Shown here: in pieces, positions 59,283 through 61,065 of the stretch
Position numbering within the stretch: position 1 is the stretch's first letter
Layout: each line of letters begins with the position of its first letter
Source: a virus
Lineage: Duplodnaviria > Caudoviricetes
Direction: 5' to 3' (one strand)
DNA length: 61,065 bases
IMG/VR virus record: IMGVR_UViG_3300025767_000015
Location: 1 to 61,065 of that record
Position numbers and translations under genes: made by a program
Notes under the pieces: model-generated
The model's input: the letters and a program-made list of their open reading frames with translations, nothing else
What the model was told of the DNA's origin: nothing
The model's database searches: none

Positions 59283-60482
59283 TTACCCTGCTATGTGAGA
59301 AAACTCTGCAACCTTTCCCCGGTTAAACTCATGCACCTCTAATACTGCAGCTTTTTTACTACCTACAAATTTATTATGGTAGTGCCAGTAATCAGAGTTA
59401 GAAAGACTAGGCATGATCTTAACAGAGAAGCCATTGATTTCATTTTCAGTAATAAACACAGACGTTCTTTTCTGATGATAATGTCCTGTATATAGAGTAC
59501 GGTAGATTGTCTTACCCCATTCTTTTGGATATTCAGAAGCATATACTCTATCAGAGTTAGCAGTGTTTACATCTCCATGCTCAAAGGCTAAGAAGTTATC
59601 TCCAAATAAATGAACCTTACGCTCTCCATACTCTACATCATAGTGAACGTTTTCAATGTGGATGCTTTTAGATATAGCATGAGCTAAATGCCAAGAGGAT
59701 AATCTATCATGATTTCCAGGTATAAATACTACCTGAAGATTCTTAGCAACGTGAGACAGTTGGACTATAGACCATACTACTGCATCATAAGCCTCTAGAT
59801 AGGCCTGTATTGGATCTTTATCGTTTTCTACTGGTGTACCCTTAGTTGTAGTTTTAGCAAACGTATCAGCGTTTAAAAGGTCTCCTCCAATTACGTAGTA
59901 TAAAGTGTTTAAATCATATGCTTGACTAGCCTTCATTGACACTTCTGTAATAGACTCTTTAAATCTTAAGATTACATCATTGTTATTTTGTTTACCAAAG
60001 TGAACATCCTGAACACTAAAAACCCCACAGTAATTAAGATTGTCTTTCTTTTTACTTGGGGGTAAGGATACTACTTCAAAACTTTTAGGCTCGTATCTTT
60101 CTAGAATTTCTTCAACTATACTTACATCTTCAGCTTTCTTTTGAGTAATTAAAGCTGATATAATCCAATGATTAGATTTTTGCTTATTCCAATATTGAGC
60201 AAGCTTCCATCTAGTAGTATCAATATTTAAAATTTTAATTATATCTTCAGGAGACTTTGGTTCTGTTGCAGATACAGCTTGAATTTTTGAAGAACCACTT
60301 TCTAAATTTACGTTTTCAGAAATGACCCCAACCTTTATACCGTCATCTGTAATAGTTTGATCTAATACCACAGCCTTTAGTGATAAATAATCTTCTAAAG
60401 AAATACCAATTCTATCAGCAGAAATTTGAGAATTCTTTTTCCACTTAAGTGACTGCTTTACCTTATCTAATAATGAAGACAT
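59283..60482 (-). CDS. calcineurin-like metallophosphoesterase with N-terminal extension
   Basis: DVHFG, GGDLL, PGNHD, EHGD and GHYH motifs. Confidence 0.88.
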   Translation of the reverse strand: MSSLLDKVKQSLKWKKNSQISADRIGISLEDYLSLKAVVLDQTITDDGIKVGVISENVNLESGSSKIQAVSATEPKSPEDIIKILNIDTTRWKLAQYWNKQKSNHWIISALITQKKAEDVSIVEEILERYEPKSFEVVSLPPSKKKDNLNYCGVFSVQDVHFGKQNNNDVILRFKESITEVSMKASQAYDLNTLYYVIGGDLLNADTFAKTTTKGTPVENDKDPIQAYLEAYDAVVWSIVQLSHVAKNLQVVFIPGNHDRLSSWHLAHAISKSIHIENVHYDVEYGERKVHLFGDNFLAFEHGDVNTANSDRVYASEYPKEWGKTIYRTLYTGHYHQKRTSVFITENEINGFSVKIMPSLSNSDYWHYHNKFVGSKKAAVLEVHEFNRGKVAEFSHIAG

Positions 60483-60531
60483 ATGATACTGATTTATAGT
60501 TTGTTAAATATAGTAAAAAATCTTAATAATA

Positions 60532-60559
60532 GAAAACCCCACCGTTAGGCAGGGTTTTC
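60532..60559 (-). terminator. hairpin/possible terminator
   Basis: GAAAACCC..GGGTTTTC inverted repeat; a second hairpin GTCACG..CGTGAC lies at 60567-60592. Confidence 0.5.
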
Positions 60560-60592
60560 ATTGTAGGTCACGAAAAACCAACAAAACGTGAC

Positions 60593-61063
60593 TTATGCTT
60601 TAGTAGTAACCTCAATAGTTAAAGAATAAAAAGGACCAGGAGCCCCGCCATTAAGAGTTGAAGCTACTTTAATATAATACTTGGTAGAAGAAGTAAGGTT
60701 TATCAACTGATAAGAATCTTTCTGAGCATCTACGCCAGTGATATCAGTCCAAGTAGTATTGTCTGTAGAATACGAAATAGTATAATCCCATGCATCACCA
60801 CTATTGTCCCATTGAAAGTCAATAGTAGTATCGGTTTTAGCAATTGATTCAATCCAGTAAGGAGCATGCACCGTGTCAACACCTGTAAAGCTTGCAAGTG
60901 CAATTTCACGTAGCACCATCATCTGCATAAACCTAGAGAGTCTATCTCCACTAACTAGTGGGAAGTCTGCTAGGTCATCACCTTGATACCTTACACAAGC
61001 AAAGTCTACTACTGTGTCACAAGGTTCACCACCTGGACAATCTGGATAAACTGGATTTATTCT
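60593..61063 (-). CDS. structural protein with Cys-rich motif and C-terminal fibronectin type III domain (5'-truncated)
   Basis: Frame stays open upstream of ATG 60928 to the window edge (DCPGGEPCDTVVDFACVRYQG..GDRL); FN3 pattern FQW..YTISY..LINLTSSTKYYIKV. Confidence 0.75.
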   Translation of the reverse strand, partial: RINPVYPDCPGGEPCDTVVDFACVRYQGDDLADFPLVSGDRLSRFMQMMVLREIALASFTGVDTVHAPYWIESIAKTDTTIDFQWDNSGDAWDYTISYSTDNTTWTDITGVDAQKDSYQLINLTSSTKYYIKVASTLNGGAPGPFYSLTIEVTTKA

Positions 61064-61065
61064 TA

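Larger units (their letters stand above)
1..61065. mobile_element. crAss-like bacteriophage genome segment (probable Bacteroidota/Flavobacteriia host)
   Basis: Gene set and order typical of Crassvirales: PolB, DnaB, primase, VWA/MoxR, giant virion RNAP with DxDxD, muzzle and ring proteins, IHF-like protein. Two convergent gene blocks; AT-rich leaders mostly without Shine-Dalgarno sequences; no integrase or host genes. Confidence 0.9.

Noticed and set aside
1-61065. Stop-codon reassignment (TAG/TGA recoding known in some crAss-like phages)
   Set aside because: Genes up to 9 kb are uninterrupted in the standard code, and TAG and TGA both serve as real stops at coupled junctions.
1-61065. tRNA, rRNA, CRISPR array, integrase or IS element
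   Set aside because: None recognised by eye; intergenic gaps are short and show no repeat-spacer periodicity. tRNAscan/Infernal would be needed to exclude these formally.

Overview
This AT-rich window has no host housekeeping genes and is almost certainly part of a crAss-like (Crassvirales-type) Bacteroidota phage genome read in the standard genetic code. The left third (+ strand, 1-21.9 kb) is a replication, recombination and nucleotide-metabolism block. It encodes a MazG-like pyrophosphatase, HNH nuclease, SF2 helicase, degenerate UNG, a DnaA-domain-IV-like protein, DnaB, an AAA_24 ATPase, primase, a RusA-like resolvase, a VWA-metallopeptidase plus MoxR pair, a PD-(D/E)xK nuclease and a family B DNA polymerase. 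Two small antisense islands interrupt it, one encoding a probable unimolecular spanin. The right two thirds (- strand) hold late genes: an FN3 protein, metallophosphoesterase, IHF-like protein, ring and muzzle tail proteins, three GG-motif-punctuated cargo proteins, and four giant ejection proteins including a 2992-aa virion RNA polymerase (DFDVD). The standout is a translationally coupled - strand operon at 22.1-25.9 kb. It joins a holin-like gene and a DUF5675 endolysin candidate to a complete phage-encoded two-component system (2-TM sensor histidine kinase plus stand-alone receiver), a coiled-coil/2-TM protein and PhoH. This is a candidate phosphorelay controlling lysis or host physiology. 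All family assignments come from motif recognition by eye, not database searches.
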